Source: Macrostomum lignano (Eukaryota). Taken from it: DNA of 64,000 bases. The translations under genes were made by a program, and so were the position numbers. Below, piece after piece: positions 22,291 through 35,414 of the stretch (within the stretch, counting starts at the first letter, position 1; the number at the start of each line of letters is the position of its first letter). A model generated the notes under the pieces. It had not been told where the DNA came from. It searched no databases and was given only the letters and a program-made list of their open reading frames with translations. The DNA lies in assembly GCA_002269645.1 (NCBI GenBank), contig NIVC01002094.1:62001-126000 (forward strand), read 5' to 3'.

Positions 22291-22479
22291 AAGATTGGCT
22301 ATTTAGCCATCCTAGCACTGCAAACCTCAACTCATGTGCCTTTGCTGGGGCATTCAGTTATCGAATCCAGTGGGAATTTTTGGTGTCCTCAAGTCCCATG
22401 TGGATCTGTATTGCCCATGTGAATCAAATTGATGTACAATCCCTGGTCCTTGGAAGCTTTGATGTCCTTAAATCCTCTT

Positions 22480-23240
22480 GGGTGTCCTCAAATCCCATTG
22501 GGTGTCCTTAAATCCCCTTGGATGTCCTCAAATCCCCTTGGATGTCCTCAAATCCTCTTGAGTGTCCTAAGCCTCTTGGATGTCCTCAAATCCTCTTGGA
22601 TGCCTTCAAATCCCCTTAAAATTCCCTTGGATGTCCTCAAATCCTCTCGGGTGTTCTCAAATCCCCTTTGGGGTTCCCCAAAGCCTCTTGGATGTCCTCA
22701 AATCCCTTTGGATGTCCTCAAATTTCCTTGGGTATCTTTATATCCTCTCGGGTGTCCTTAAATCTTGGATGTCCTCAAAGCCTCCTGGGTGTCCTAAGCC
22801 TCTTGGATATCCTCAAAGTCTCTTGGATGTCCTCAAAGTCTCTTGGATGTCCTCAAATCCTCTTGGGTGTCCTAAGCCTCTTGGGTGTCCTCAAAGCCTC
22901 TTGGGTGTCCTCAAAGCCTCTTGGGTGTCCTCAAAGCCTCTTGGATGTCCTCAAAGCCTCTTGGGTGTCCTCAAAGCTTCTTGGATGTCCTCAAAGCCTC
23001 TTGGATGTCCTCAAAGCCTCTTGGGTGTCCTAAGCCTCTTGGGTGTCCTCAAAGCCTCTTGGGTGTCCTCAAAGCCTCTTGGGTGTCCTCAAAGCCTCTT
23101 GGGTGTCCTCAAAGCCTCTTGGATGTCCTCAAAGCCTCTTGGGTGTCCTCAAAGCTTCTTGGATGTCCTCAAAGCCTCTTGGGTGTCCTCAAAGCCTCTT
23201 GGATGTCCTCAAATACCTTCGGGTGTTCTCGAATCCTGTT
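22480..23240. repeat. 20-bp minisatellite (GTCCTCAAAGCCTCTTGGGT)n
   Basis: Read directly. Confidence 0.92.
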
Positions 23241-24129
23241 GGATGTGAGATCCCATGCAATCTTTGATTGGATCTTTCATTTTCTCAAATCCCAGAGCCT
23301 TGAATAATGTCAGTCACTCAGTCAGTCTCAGCTTGTAATTAGCTCTTGCTGATTAATAATCCGATATATTGCTCATCATACAAAAGTGATTCCCAACCAA
23401 ACTTTTCTAAAAGCGGTGTCGGCACACGGTCTTTCAAAAGCTTTTGGAATGAATCGAAATTTTGTTAAAATCAACTAGCTTTACGGATTTCATTGAGAGC
23501 CATCATCACTGTTATATTAGAAATTTCAATTGAATATGATTTTATAATCGCGTTCTTTTACTGCCTACTCACCACTAGTTTGGTTAGTAGCATAGTCTGT
23601 TTTTAGTTACACTTTAGAATTTGATTTGCTGTTAGTTGACAACCCCTGAACTCCCGTGTTGAACTGTCAAATGAAATTTATATTAATTTAAAATTCGCAC
23701 TACACATAGCATAAAACATGATATGGACACATTTCCTTTTTAGCTCTTAACCTTTGTTCTGTTGTTGCACAGATTTTTTGCCCTCTTCATAACACAAGGG
23801 GGCGCGCAACGCTTGGGTTGCATGATAAATTGTAATTAACTATTCTTTTCTCTAGCCTACAGACCCGTGTTCTGCAGTCAGTGTATTCTGTGTTTCTTTA
23901 ATGTAATCGCTAAACTTTACTTATAATTATTTTTGTCCGTGCACCGTCTGGTGTATGGCTGTTTAATAAAGTCTATCTCCGATTGAATGCATGATTCTGT
24001 CCCAGTTGCATGAAATGTTTTTTCTTGGGAAACTTTAATCCAGGCCTGCTGCGAGTGGCTTCTCAATTGTAATGCGGATCTGAATTAAACCGACTCATTT
24101 TTTTGGGAAAAAGTCCCTGATTTTAATGC

Positions 24130-24910
24130 TCCTACCAGATCCCGAGTTGCTGGGCCCTAGCGCAAGCCTCTCAGATCCCCTGTTGCTGGGCCCTAGCGCA
24201 AGCCTCTCAGATCCCCTGTTGCTGGGCCCTAGCGCAAGCCTCTCAGATCCCCTGTTGCTGGGCCCTAGCGCAAGCCTCTCAGATCCCCTGTTGCTGGGCC
24301 AGCCTCTCAGATCCCCTGTTGCTGGGCCCTAGCGCCAGCCTCTCAGATCCCCTGTTGCTGGGCCAGCCTCTCAGATCCCCTGTTGCTGGGCCCTAGCGCC
24401 AGCCTCTCAGATCCCCTGTTGCTGGGCCCTAGCGCCAGCCTCTCAGATCCCCTGTTGCTGGGCCAGCCTCCCAGATCCTCAGTTGCTGGGCCAACCTCCC
24501 AGATCCTCAGTTGCTGGGCCACCAGCCTCCCAGATCCTCAGTTGCTGGGCCAGCCTCCCAGATCCTCAGTTGCTGGGCCACCAGCCTCCCAGATCCTCAG
24601 TTGCTGGACCAGCCTCCCAGATCCTCAGTTGCTGGGCCAGCCTCCCAGATCCTCAGTTGCTGGGCCACCAGCCTCCCAGATCCTCAGTTGCTGGACCAGC
24701 CTCCCAGATCCTCAGTTGCTGGGCCAGCCTCCCAGATCCTCAGTTGCTGGGCCAGCCTCCCAGATTCTCAGTTGCTGGGCCACCAGTCTCCCAGATCCTC
24801 AGTTGCTGGGCCAGCCTCCCAGATCCTCAGTTGCTGGGCCAGCCTCCCAGATCCTCAGTTGCTGGGCCAGCCTCCCACATCCTCAGTTGCAGGACCAGCC
24901 TCCCAGATTT
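24130..24910. repeat. 28-bp family array 1 (CCAGCCTCCCAGATCCTCAGTTGCTGGG on +), with longer variants at the left end
   Basis: Read directly. Confidence 0.95.
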
Positions 24911-25299
24911 TATAAAGCAAGTCTTGAAAACATATCATTGTACACTTTGGACTTCTAAGCAATTTATCCAAACAAAGATTTTATTATACACGGCAGGTAT
25001 AGTACAAATCTGTATTATTTAACATTAAAAAACTATATTATTTGTTATTTACACCGGAATATAATTGGAAGAGAAAAACTTGCGGCAAAATTGATAGAAA
25101 TTGACGCGAGCACTCCATGAGGTGCCATGGCTACCAACAGAAACCAGCATTCAGTTACGTTGGACTCGGGTGGAAAAGTGCATCGGTAACTTGCCAATTA
25201 ACTAATAGAAATTTTTTATATAATAAACTATTTAGACCAATCAATAACATCGCTTATAGGGTAACAAGTCGCACTTACTTGCACATTAGTAACCTATTC

Positions 25300-25780
25300 T
25301 ATGAGCACTTTATGAGCATACAATAGGCACACTATAGGCACACTATGAGCAAACAATAAGTACACAATGAGCATACAATAGGCACACTATGAGCAAACAA
25401 TGAGTACACAATAAGAATACAATAGGCACACTATGAGCACACTATAGGCACGCAATCAGCACACTATGAGCACACAATGAGCACACTATTAACACTATAA
25501 GCATACAATGAGCACATAATGAACACACTATAAGCACACAATGAGCATACAAAGGATCAATAGGCTATTGATCATAGACAAAATTCGCACAATAAGCACA
25601 CAATGAGCACACAATAAGCACATAATGAGCACACAATAAGCACATAATGAGCACACAATAAGCACATAATGAGCACACAATGAGCACACTAAAAGCACAC
25701 AATTAGCACACAATGAGCATACAAATGATCAATAGGCTATTGACCATAGACAAAATTCACACAATAAGCACACTACAAGC
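25300..25780. repeat. Degenerate (ATGAGCACACAATAAGCACATA)-like repeat
   Basis: Read directly. Confidence 0.8.
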
Positions 25781-25823
25781 GCATTATGAGCAAAACTATA
25801 ATAGTACTTTGAGCACACAGTCT

Positions 25824-28800
25824 CTAAGGCAGCAAGTCCGCCTCAGTCGATTGTCCGTCACTGCAATCGTCCCTGGCCGCGGCCCTGAGTCCGGCCAGGT
25901 ACTGAGCAATGAGATGGCCATCCTGGCTGAGCAGCCTGGCCCTCAGCTGCACCGTCTCCAGCGCCTGCTTCACCGCCCTGGCCGCGGATGGAGCTGAATT
26001 GGTGGCGAAAAACTGGCGCAAATCTTCGGCATCCTCGGCTGAGCACAGACCCGAGCACACGCCCAAGACGAGGCGTTGGAGCAGGAAGACGCCCGAGTAG
26101 CGGCTCACTAGGACTGGCCAGCGGCTCTTCACAAACTGCCAAGCCAAGCGCCGAGCTTTCAAACCGCCGCAGGCGCACAAAGAGCAGATCACCGATGGGG
26201 TGTCCTGCTGGCGAACTCGGGGGCTGATTGACAGCTCCAGGACTCGCTTGATCTGCGTTGAAGTAGGTTGGGTGGGGTGTAGATTGGGGTGAGGTGGAGT
26301 AGATTGGGGTGAGGTGGAGTAGATTGGGTGAGGTGGAGTAGATTGGGGTGGGGTGGTGTAGATTGGGGTGAGGTGGAGTAGATTGGGGTGAGGTGGAGTA
26401 GATTGGGGTGGGGTGGAGTAGATTGGGGTGAGGTGGAGTAGATTGGGGTGAGGTGGAGTAGATTGGGGTGAGGTGGAGTAGATTGGGGTGGGGTGGAGTA
26501 GATTGGGGTGAGGTGGAATAGATTTGGGTGAGGTGGAGTAGATTGGGGTGAGGTGGAGTAGATTACAGTAGAGTGGAGTAGATTCGAGTAGAGTGGAGTA
26601 GATTAGGGTTGGGTGGAGTAGATTAGGGTTGGGTGGAGTAGATTGGGGTTGGGTAAAGTAGATTGGGGTAGGGTGGTTCGCCGTGCCCACTCACCTGATC
26701 AGTATCCTCAGTATTCCCCAGCGCTCTCAGTATCCTCAGCTCTTCCTCAGACGAGATGAACCCGTTGCCTCTGGCTGGCGAGTCAAGCAGTGCCAGTAGG
26801 CGGTCGAACGCAGCCGCACCGCCGTGCCGAGCAGCGGTAGCGTACACCCCAGCCCGGATGTCCGGCTCCAATCGGCACTGGCCGCTGGCATGCCGGTCGA
26901 ATCGAGCCAGCGCCTCAGCCACCACCTCCGCGTGACCCGCCTGACCCAAGTAGGTCAGCAGCAGGCCTCTCAGCAGGCCGGCGTCGTGACTCTCGCCCGG
27001 CTTGAAGTCCCAGCCGAGTCGTTGGAAAGCTGGCCAGCACAGGTAGCTGAGAAAGGCGTGCCAGGCGGCGGTGAGGCCCAGCTGCTCAGCCAGCACCTGC
27101 ACGCTGCTCAGGTTGGCCAGGAGGTCACTCCATACGGTAAAGTACTGCTCAGATCGGTAGGCCTTGACGATCTCCAGGACTCGGATGGTTACTAGCTGGG
27201 GATTTGGGATTTGCCAGATTTGATTGATGCATGGGATTTTTATCCCCAAATCAGTAGCTTAAAGATAGAGATACGTATCACCAAATCAGTAGCTTAATTA
27301 TTGGGATATTTATCCCCAAATCAGTAGCTTAATTATTGGGATATTTATCCCCTAATCAGTAGCTTAATTATAGGGATATTTATCCCCAAATCATTAGCTT
27401 AATTATTGGGATATTTATCCCCCAATCAGTGTAGCCTAATTAATGGGATATTTATCCCCAAATCAGTAGCTTAATTATTGGGATATTTATCCCCCAATCA
27501 GTGTAGCCTAATTAATGGGACATATATCCCCAAATTAGTAGCTTAATTAATGAGATTTTTACCCCCCAAATTAGTAGCTTAACAAATGGGAATTTTATAT
27601 ATCAAGTCAATAGCTTAATAAATGGGATTTTCCCCCAAATCAGTAATCGGTAGATACATAATACGGCAATAGTAAAAATCTTAATATCACCTTCCCATAG
27701 GCGACCAACGCAAACAGGTCACTCTGCAAATTAAACCGGTCCCTACGGCCCAGTTTGCCACGCTTCAGTGCCGACACCAGAGCGTCCAGCATCTGGTCTG
27801 AGTAGTCCACTCGGAACACGCCCACGCACTGCCAGTTTAGCTTGAGCCAGTGGCCATCAGTCAGCTGACTCAGGCTGGGTGGCAAGGGGTAGGCCAGCTC
27901 GGCTGATTCCAGCAGCAGGCGGCGAGGCTCCGGTTCGTTGGACAGCTGCACCAGCAGGGGCACCCGCCAGAGATCTGAGCAGCTGCGATGTTGACTCACA
28001 AACTTGTTGCCGTCTGGGACAGGATTCTGGGAGATCCTCGCCATCTTGGCCTGCCGCTCTCCGCTGACTGCGGTCTGGAAGTGAGGAGATTGACGCGCTG
28101 CTGGATGGGATCTGGAAGTGCAGCCCAGCCACTGAGGATCTGGGAGGCTGGCCCAGCAACTGAGGATCTGGGAGGCTAGCCCAGCAACTGAGGATCTGGG
28201 AGGCTGGCCCAGCAACTGAGGATCTGGGAGGCTAGCCCAGCAACTGAGGATCTGGGAGGCTGGCCCAGCAACTGAGGATCTGGGAGGCTGGCCCAGCAAC
28301 TGAAGATCTGGGAGGCTGGCCCAGCAACTGAGGATCTGGGAGGCTGGTGGCCCAGCAACTGAGAAACTGGGAGGCTGGCCCAGCAACTGAGGATCTGGGA
28401 GGCTGGTGGCCCAGCAACTGAGGATCTGGGAGGCTGGCCCAGCAACTGAGGATCTGGGAGGCCGGCCCAGCAACTGAGGATTTGGAAGGCGGGCCCAGCA
28501 ACTGAGGATCTGGGAGGCTGGTGGCCCAGCAACTGAGAATCTGGGAGGCTGGCCCAGCAACTGAGGATCTGGGAGGCTGGCCCAGGAACTGAGGATTTGG
28601 AAGGCGGGCCCAGCAACTGAGGATCTGGGAGGCTGGTGGCCCAGCAACTGAGAATCTGGGAGGCTGGCCCAGCAACTGAGGATCTGGGAAGCTGACCCAG
28701 CCACTGAGGATCTGGGAGGCTGGTGGCCCAGCAACTGAGGATCTGGGAAGCTGGCCCAGCAACTGAGGATCTGGAGGCTGGTGGCCCAGCAACTGAGAAT

Positions 28801-31800
28801 CTGGGAGGCTGGTGGCCCAGCAACTGACCATTTGGGAGGCCCGCCCAGCAACTTGGTAAGCAAACAGCCAACAATAATTACCCCATCGAGCTGCTCAGTT
28901 TCATCCAGCTTCTCTAATTCAGTCTGCACCCCGACAGAGGCGGTGGCCACAGCGGGCCCCTGCCCAGACCGGAAGCGGCTCTGCCGCAGCCGAAGCTGCA
29001 GTCGAGTTGAGGCTTCCTGCGACGAGTCCGGAGGCGGCAGAGGCTCCAGCGAGGCCGAGATGACGGGGAAGCCCTTGCGACGAATCCAGTCGTGCATCAC
29101 CTGCTGCACCTGCGAGTGGACATCATAGACCGGCTAGAAACTTCGGTATGCACTCAATATTGACTACCTGACCCACCTGACCCAGGACAGATCTCAATAC
29201 CTGACCCACCTGACCCAAATAAATCAATCTTCATCCCTGACCCACCTGACCCAGGTCAATCTCCATACCTAACCCACCTGACTCAGATCAATCTCCATAC
29301 CTGACCCACCTGACTCAGATCAATCTCCATACCTAACCCACCTGACTCAGATCAATCTCCATACCTAACCCACCTGACTCAGATCAATCTCCATACCTGA
29401 CCCACTGACCCAAATCAATCAATCTCCATACCTGACCCACTGACCCAAATCAATCAATCTCCATACCTGACCCACCTGGCCCAAATCAATCAATCTCCAT
29501 ACCTGACCCACCTGACTCAAATCAATCAATCTCCATACCTGACCCACCTGACCCAAATCAATCAATCTCTATACCTGACCCACCTGACCCAAATCAATCA
29601 ATCTCCATACCTGACCCACCTGACCCAAATCAATCAATCTCCATACCTGACCCACCTAATCCACATCAATCTCCATCCCTGACCCACCTGACCCAGATTC
29701 AAAATCCCAGCATCTCAGCAACCAACCGAACTCCCTCACCGGCTGGCCAGAGGCCTCGGATAGAGCCAGCCACAGGTCGGCAGTGCTGGCATTGCCGTAG
29801 CTGTGCCTCCTCAAATACTGCTGCAGTCCTCGACGAAAGGCGGGTTCACCGAGCCAGGCGTGCAACATTCGAATCACCGCTGCGCCCTTCGAATAGCTGA
29901 TGGCGTCAAACGTCTCGTCGATTTCGTCCGGATGACCAACGTCGATCTGGAGAGACAGTTAAAAGAAAAATCCCAGATAATGATTCGGGAATCCCATTAT
30001 TAGTGAATTCGGGGATAGAAATCCCAGATAATGATTCGGGAATCCCATTATTATTGAATTGGGGATAAAAATCCCAGAAAATGATTCGGGAATCCCATTA
30101 TTATTGAATTGGGGATAAAAATCCCAGATAACGATTCGGGAATTCCATTATTATTGAATTGGGGATAAAAATCCCAGATAATATTTCGGGAATCCCATTA
30201 TTATTGAATTGGGGATAAAAATCCCAGATAACGATTCGGGAATCCCATTATTATTGAGTTGAGGATAAAAATCCCAGATAACGATTCGGGAATCCCATTA
30301 TTATTGAATTGGGGATAAAAATCCCAGATAATATTTCGGGAATCCCATTACTATTGAATTGGGGATAAAAATCCCAGATAACGATTCGGGAATCCCATTA
30401 TTATTGAGTTGGGGATAAAAATCCCAGATAACGATTCGGGAATCCCATTATTATTGAATTGGGGATAAAAATCCCAGATAACGATTCGGGAATCCCATTA
30501 TTATTGAATTGGGGATAAAAATCCCAGATAATGATTCGGAAATCCCATTATTATTGAATTGGGGATAAAAATCCCAGATAATAATTTGGGAATCCCATTA
30601 CTATTGAATTGGGGATAAAAATCCCAGATAATGATTAGGAATCCCATTGTTATTAAATTGGGGATAAAAATCCCAAATAGCCGGTTAGGGATTATATGAG
30701 CCTACCTCAATCGGGTGACTGTTGTCAAGACAGTCTAATTCCAGCGCTTTAGAGAAATCGTTTCTGATAAACCGAGTCCAGACATCAAACTCCGGGTAGC
30801 AGTGGTCGATGCACAGATACTCTACCCAGGACGCGAAGCCTTCGTTAAGCCACAGCTGGGTCCACCACTGCATAGTGACCAGATTTCCGAACCACTGATG
30901 AGCCACCTCGTGGCCAACAACCAATGCAACAGTTTCCATGCTAAACTTGCTGGAATTCTCGTCAACCAGCAGCATGGCCTCCCGGTAGGTGATGAGACCC
31001 CAGTTCTCCATGGCGCCCACGGCCAGCTCCGGCACAGCAACCAGGTCCAGCTTTGGCAGGGGGTAGGGGATGCCAAACAGTTCGGAGTAGAACTGCAGAC
31101 TTCTCCGAGCCACTTCCAGAGCGAATCTGCCGTCTGACTGTCTGAATAGTGGGACAGCGACAACTTGAGATGGTTTTCGTAGGTGATTCTCATGGGTGAG
31201 TCTCATGGGCGATTCTCATGGGAGATTCTCATAGGTGAGTCTGATGGGTGCTTCTCATAAGTCTCATGAGTGATTTTCATGGGCGATTCTCATGGGGTGA
31301 TTCTCGTAGGTGATTCTCGTAAGTGATTCTCATGGGAGATTCTCATGGGTGATTCTCATTGGCGATTCTCATGGGTGATTCTCATTGGCGATTCTCATGG
31401 GTGATTTTTGAGAGTGATTTTCCTTTGTGATTCTCATGGGCGATTCTCACGAGTGATTTTCATGAGCGATTCTTATGAGTGATTCTCGTAGGTGATTTTC
31501 ATTGGCGATTCTCATGGGTGATTCTCAAGGGCCATTCTCATGGATTATTCTCATGGATTGGGTGATTCTCGTTGGCGATTGTCATGGGCGATTCTCATTG
31601 GTAATTGTCATGGGCGATTCTCATTGGCGATTCTTATGGGTGATTCTTATGGGTGATTCTCATGGGCGATTCTCATGGGTGATTCTCATGGGCGACTCTC
31701 AGAATCACTCAGATAGGAAATAATAAAAGAATCACTACAAGACAGTTATCCAACAAAGAACTGGTCTTCATTTTTTTCACTCAATAAAAATTGTCAATCG

Positions 31801-32822
31801 ATTTTTCACCTGCCAATCGGGCTGAACACACGCAGGGCCACCCCGTCCTGGCAGACAGTCTCAATGCAGTCAAATCTGCCAATCACAATAGCCAGCAGGT
31901 AAGTGGACATCTGAGGCGTTTTAGCGAATCGAACCAGTTCTCGAGCTGGCATGGGCTCCGACTGCGAACTGCTCTGGGAAGGCAGGTCCCGCCTCTCCTC
32001 CTCTGGCATGTTGGAGAGGGCCGTGAGCCGGGGGCAGGTGCTGGGGATCTCGACCGCTACCTGTGGGTATGTTTGAGAATGTTAAAAGCGATTTATTATG
32101 GCAATTTTAGGCACTTTAGTGAGGATGGTGGGGATCTGGGAGGCTGGCCCAGCAAGTGGGGATCTGAGAGGCTGGCCCAGCAACTGAGGATCTGGGAGGC
32201 TGGCCCAGCAACTGAGGATCTGGGAGGCTGGCCCAGCAACTGAGGATCTGGGAGGCTGGTGGCCCAGCAACTGAGGATCTGGGAGGCTGGTGGCCCAGCA
32301 ACTGAGGATCTGGGAGGCTGGCCCAGCAACTGAGGATCTGGGAGGCTGGTGGCCCAGCAACTGAGGATCTGGGAGGCTGGCCCAGCAACTGAGGATCTGG
32401 GAGGCTGGCCCAGCAACTGAGGATCTGGGAAGCTGGCCCAGCAAGTGGGGATCTGAGAGGCTGGCCCAGCAACTGAGGATCTGGGAGGCTGGTGGTGGCC
32501 CAGTCCAAGTGGAGGATTGAGTGACTCACACAGAACGCACCTGAAAAGTAGCCTTGAGCTGCGGCTCATCCCAGCAGGGCAGCAGCCTCCTGGCCTCAGT
32601 GGGGCACAGCATGGTGAGAGCGCAGGGTGTCTCAGAGGTTGCAGCGCCCCTGCATCTCTGCACAGATCTGTAGAATCCTCTCAACCTGTCGCTCAATTGG
32701 CCTCTGTAGTTCAAGCAGAGACAGCCAGTTCCCTTCTGACTCAAACTTGTGCAGGTCCCCATGAGTTTGCATGGAAATTTGAGTCGAACAGTTTGCTCTG
32801 ATTTGTTTCCATAGGTGATGCT
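25824..32822 (-). CDS. NPEPPS: M1 aminopeptidase, puromycin-sensitive type (exons 32822-32541, 32060-31810, 31141-30706, 29946-29740, 29109-28882, 28074-27691, 27195-26695, 26252-25824; first exon(s) not found)
   Basis: GFYRS, ARRLLPCWDEP, ALSNMP, TPQMSTYLLA, GAMENWGL, HEVAHQWFGNLVTM.WW..LWLNEGFA, HPIE|IDV, FDAISYSKGA, WLKLN, DRFNLQSDLFAL, YFTVWSDL, VRQQD. All splice phases give one open frame of ~905 aa. Confidence 0.92.
26275..26670. repeat. 20-bp intronic minisatellite (GATTGGGGTGAGGTGGAGTA)n
   Basis: Read directly. Confidence 0.93.
27235..27650. repeat. ~35-bp intronic minisatellite (TATCCCCAAATCAGTAGCTTAATTATTGGGATATT)
   Basis: Read directly. Confidence 0.9.
28125..28850. repeat. 28-bp family array 2 (CCCAGCAACTGAGGATCTGGGAGGCTGG), intronic
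   Basis: Read directly; opposite orientation to array 1. Confidence 0.95.
29165..29700. repeat. ~32-36-bp intronic minisatellite (CTGACCCACCTGACCCAAATCAATCAATCTCCATAC)
   Basis: Read directly. Confidence 0.92.
29965..30680. repeat. 50-bp intronic minisatellite (GGGGATAAAAATCCCAGATAACGATTCGGGAATCCCATTATTATTGAATT)
   Basis: Read directly. Confidence 0.93.
31185..31705. repeat. 13-bp intronic minisatellite (GGGTGATTCTCAT)n
   Basis: Read directly. Confidence 0.88.
32130..32505. repeat. 28-bp family array 3, intronic
   Basis: Read directly. Confidence 0.95.
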
Positions 32823-34714
32823 CTGAGTAGGAACTGTGTGAGGGTGGTTAGTTAGATTTTATTTAAATTTGAAATGACAGTTAAATGTTGTATGGCAATG
32901 TACAATGTACACTGAGAGACAGTGGTTGATAATGGTAATAGTGTAAATAAAGACAAATAAAAATTCTCACAAGAGAAAATGACAATTAGAGCAATATTTT
33001 GGAAACTTACTATTGTTAAAACTTGCAGATAAGACATCAAGGTCTACTGAGTTAAGCACTAGCTCATCAGTGTCTTCATTTATCTAAAAAGTATTTTATA
33101 AGGAAAGAGCAACAAGTTTCAATATTTGATAAAAACAATTACAAATAGTTTCATTCATTGACTAACCTCAATACTAATTTGGACACAACCAGAATAAGTG
33201 AATTCAATAAAATCCAAACAAAGATGCAAGTCATAATGAACTGGACATATATGACTAGGTAGATGTTTAAAATCTTTTGGCATTGTTGAATCATGAAATA
33301 TAAGCAGACAGACATAGCTTTTATAAGTATAGGTATAAATTAAAAAACTGGTATAATGATTATATTCAAAAATTATTTCTAAATTTATTTAGACCACCTT
33401 AAAGCAGAGTCAAATAAAATGGCATTCTTCTCAAATCATTTGTTAAACCATTTTTTCTATTTTTTTACATCTCCTCCACTTGAGAAGCTGATTTTAGCAT
33501 GTTTGGACACCTCCAAGCTATTAAAACAATAAAATTAACAACTTTGTTTTTAAAGTACTTTTTCTGTCTTTAGCAATTAATTCCTAACGATTTGAGGGCT
33601 GCCTCTTGGCTTGGTATTGAAAGACCTAATGGTTGGCTAATGGTCTTAGCAATGACTAATTAGTAGCACACCACCCATAATATTGTAAGTTGTAGATGTC
33701 CATTTTTTGCAAAAATTCCCACGCGAATAGCCCTATGAATATAGTGGAATGGGCAATGCTCGCCTCCCCGCTGCGTCTTTGGACCACCTTGCAGCCCTAT
33801 GAATATATGAGCTGCGCACACGGAACCATTTTCACTGACATGTAGCCATGCGCTTAGTGCATATAGCAAATTGCATGTTGCTGTGCGACATTAGTGTGTG
33901 GCATATAGGATGCAGTGGTGCTCATAAATCATAAATCACAACCAAATATAAAATCAAATAAACAGAATTAATGCTATTGTTAATGTAGGTATATTGTTTG
34001 TTTTGTAATAAAAGAAGTATTTTTTTATATGTTTAAATAAAAATTGTTTTATTAATATTTGAGACATAGTAGATAAAATTTTCTTTGTTTTGTTTAACTG
34101 TTTACTTAAGTTTACAGTTAAGTGTATAAGTATTACTTATAACTGTTTAATATAATAATTAAAGTCCCCATGATGGAATTCCGTAAATGCAAGGCAAAAG
34201 GTTAGATCTCAGAACTGGTTTTTTGTGCATGCACTAATGACATTGATAGTGCTGGAAAGTTTACTTGTTGTTTTAGAATATTAGTCTTGCAGAACAATAT
34301 GATGGATGCATTGTTGTATTTTAGCACGCAACTTCCATGGTAGCTGAAAAATGTTCCTGCATGGCCAGAGTATCTACAAGACTATGGGAGTCTATGGCAC
34401 ACTAGGCCTACCAACCTTTGATCAAAGTGTTCAAAGTGGTAAAACTTTATTTTATACATTTAGCAAAAAATTATGACTGCTGCAAGCTGTCTGAGTGCCC
34501 AGACTTCCTTTGCCTTTAACAAACTCATTCCTTTTGGGCCATAGACACTCCCAATAAGCATCAGTGCAATGTCAAACAATGTGTCAGATTTTTATCAGTT
34601 TTATCAGTTTTATCAGTTTTTTTCAGTTAGCTGACTCTGTTTGTCTACTATTCTCTTTCCCATGGACAATCCAAGCCATTAATTTACCACAGATTTTTTA
34701 GCTAACAATTTGCT

Positions 34715-35375
34715 ATCTCTACCTATAAAAATCAAAACTCTGTCTGTCTGTGGACAAATTACTTCGCTATGGACTCCCAAACCGCTCAACCAAATGACAC
34801 CAAACTTTACACCCACCCTAAACTTACTACGGAGAATGTCTTAGGCTACCTTTTAATTTCCTAAATTTGAGTCTTCCTACCTAAAAGTGCAAAAAACTGC
34901 TCAAAATGCGCAATTTTTTCACTAAATCCTCCATAGCGCCGCTCCACTTCTACCGATTCTCTTCAAATTTGACACAGATAATCTTTAACTATTTTGGCAC
35001 AATCACGTAAAATTTCGAGTCTGAAAGTTAATCCTGAACGGCGCTGTGTACTTTTAAAGTTAGGCTGTTTTTTTCAGCGAGGCAGCCACCCCAACCTCCG
35101 CCCGCCTGCCTCTCCCGATCTGGGCAAAGGGTGTGAGTAGGTTTTAAAATGCCTAACTTTCGGCTGCCATAGTTTTGCTTCACGTGAAGCGATTGACTTC
35201 AAATTTGACACAATTCTTTATTGACTCATTCTCTGCCTACATGTAAAGTCTCAACTCTGTATCTCAATCAGGACAGAAACTGTAAGCATGTGAATTTTGT
35301 CTGCTTTTTCTGTTGTTTGTGCCTCTCACTCGCTCATTCCCCCAGCCCAGACGAAGGGTCAGGCGATAGGACTGA
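34715..35375 (+). mobile_element. Candidate non-autonomous Helitron/Helentron-like (DINE/HINE-type) element
   Basis: Starts ATCTCTACCTATAAAAATCAAAACTCTGTCTGTCTGTG. Carries AACCGCTCAACC...ACCAAACTT and repeated (CCGATT)...TTCAAATTTGACACA modules, an organisation recalled from such families. Termini not rigorously defined. Confidence 0.5.
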
Positions 35376-35414
35376 ATGTACATAGCAAATGTACAGTGTT
35401 TTGGAATAACTTTA

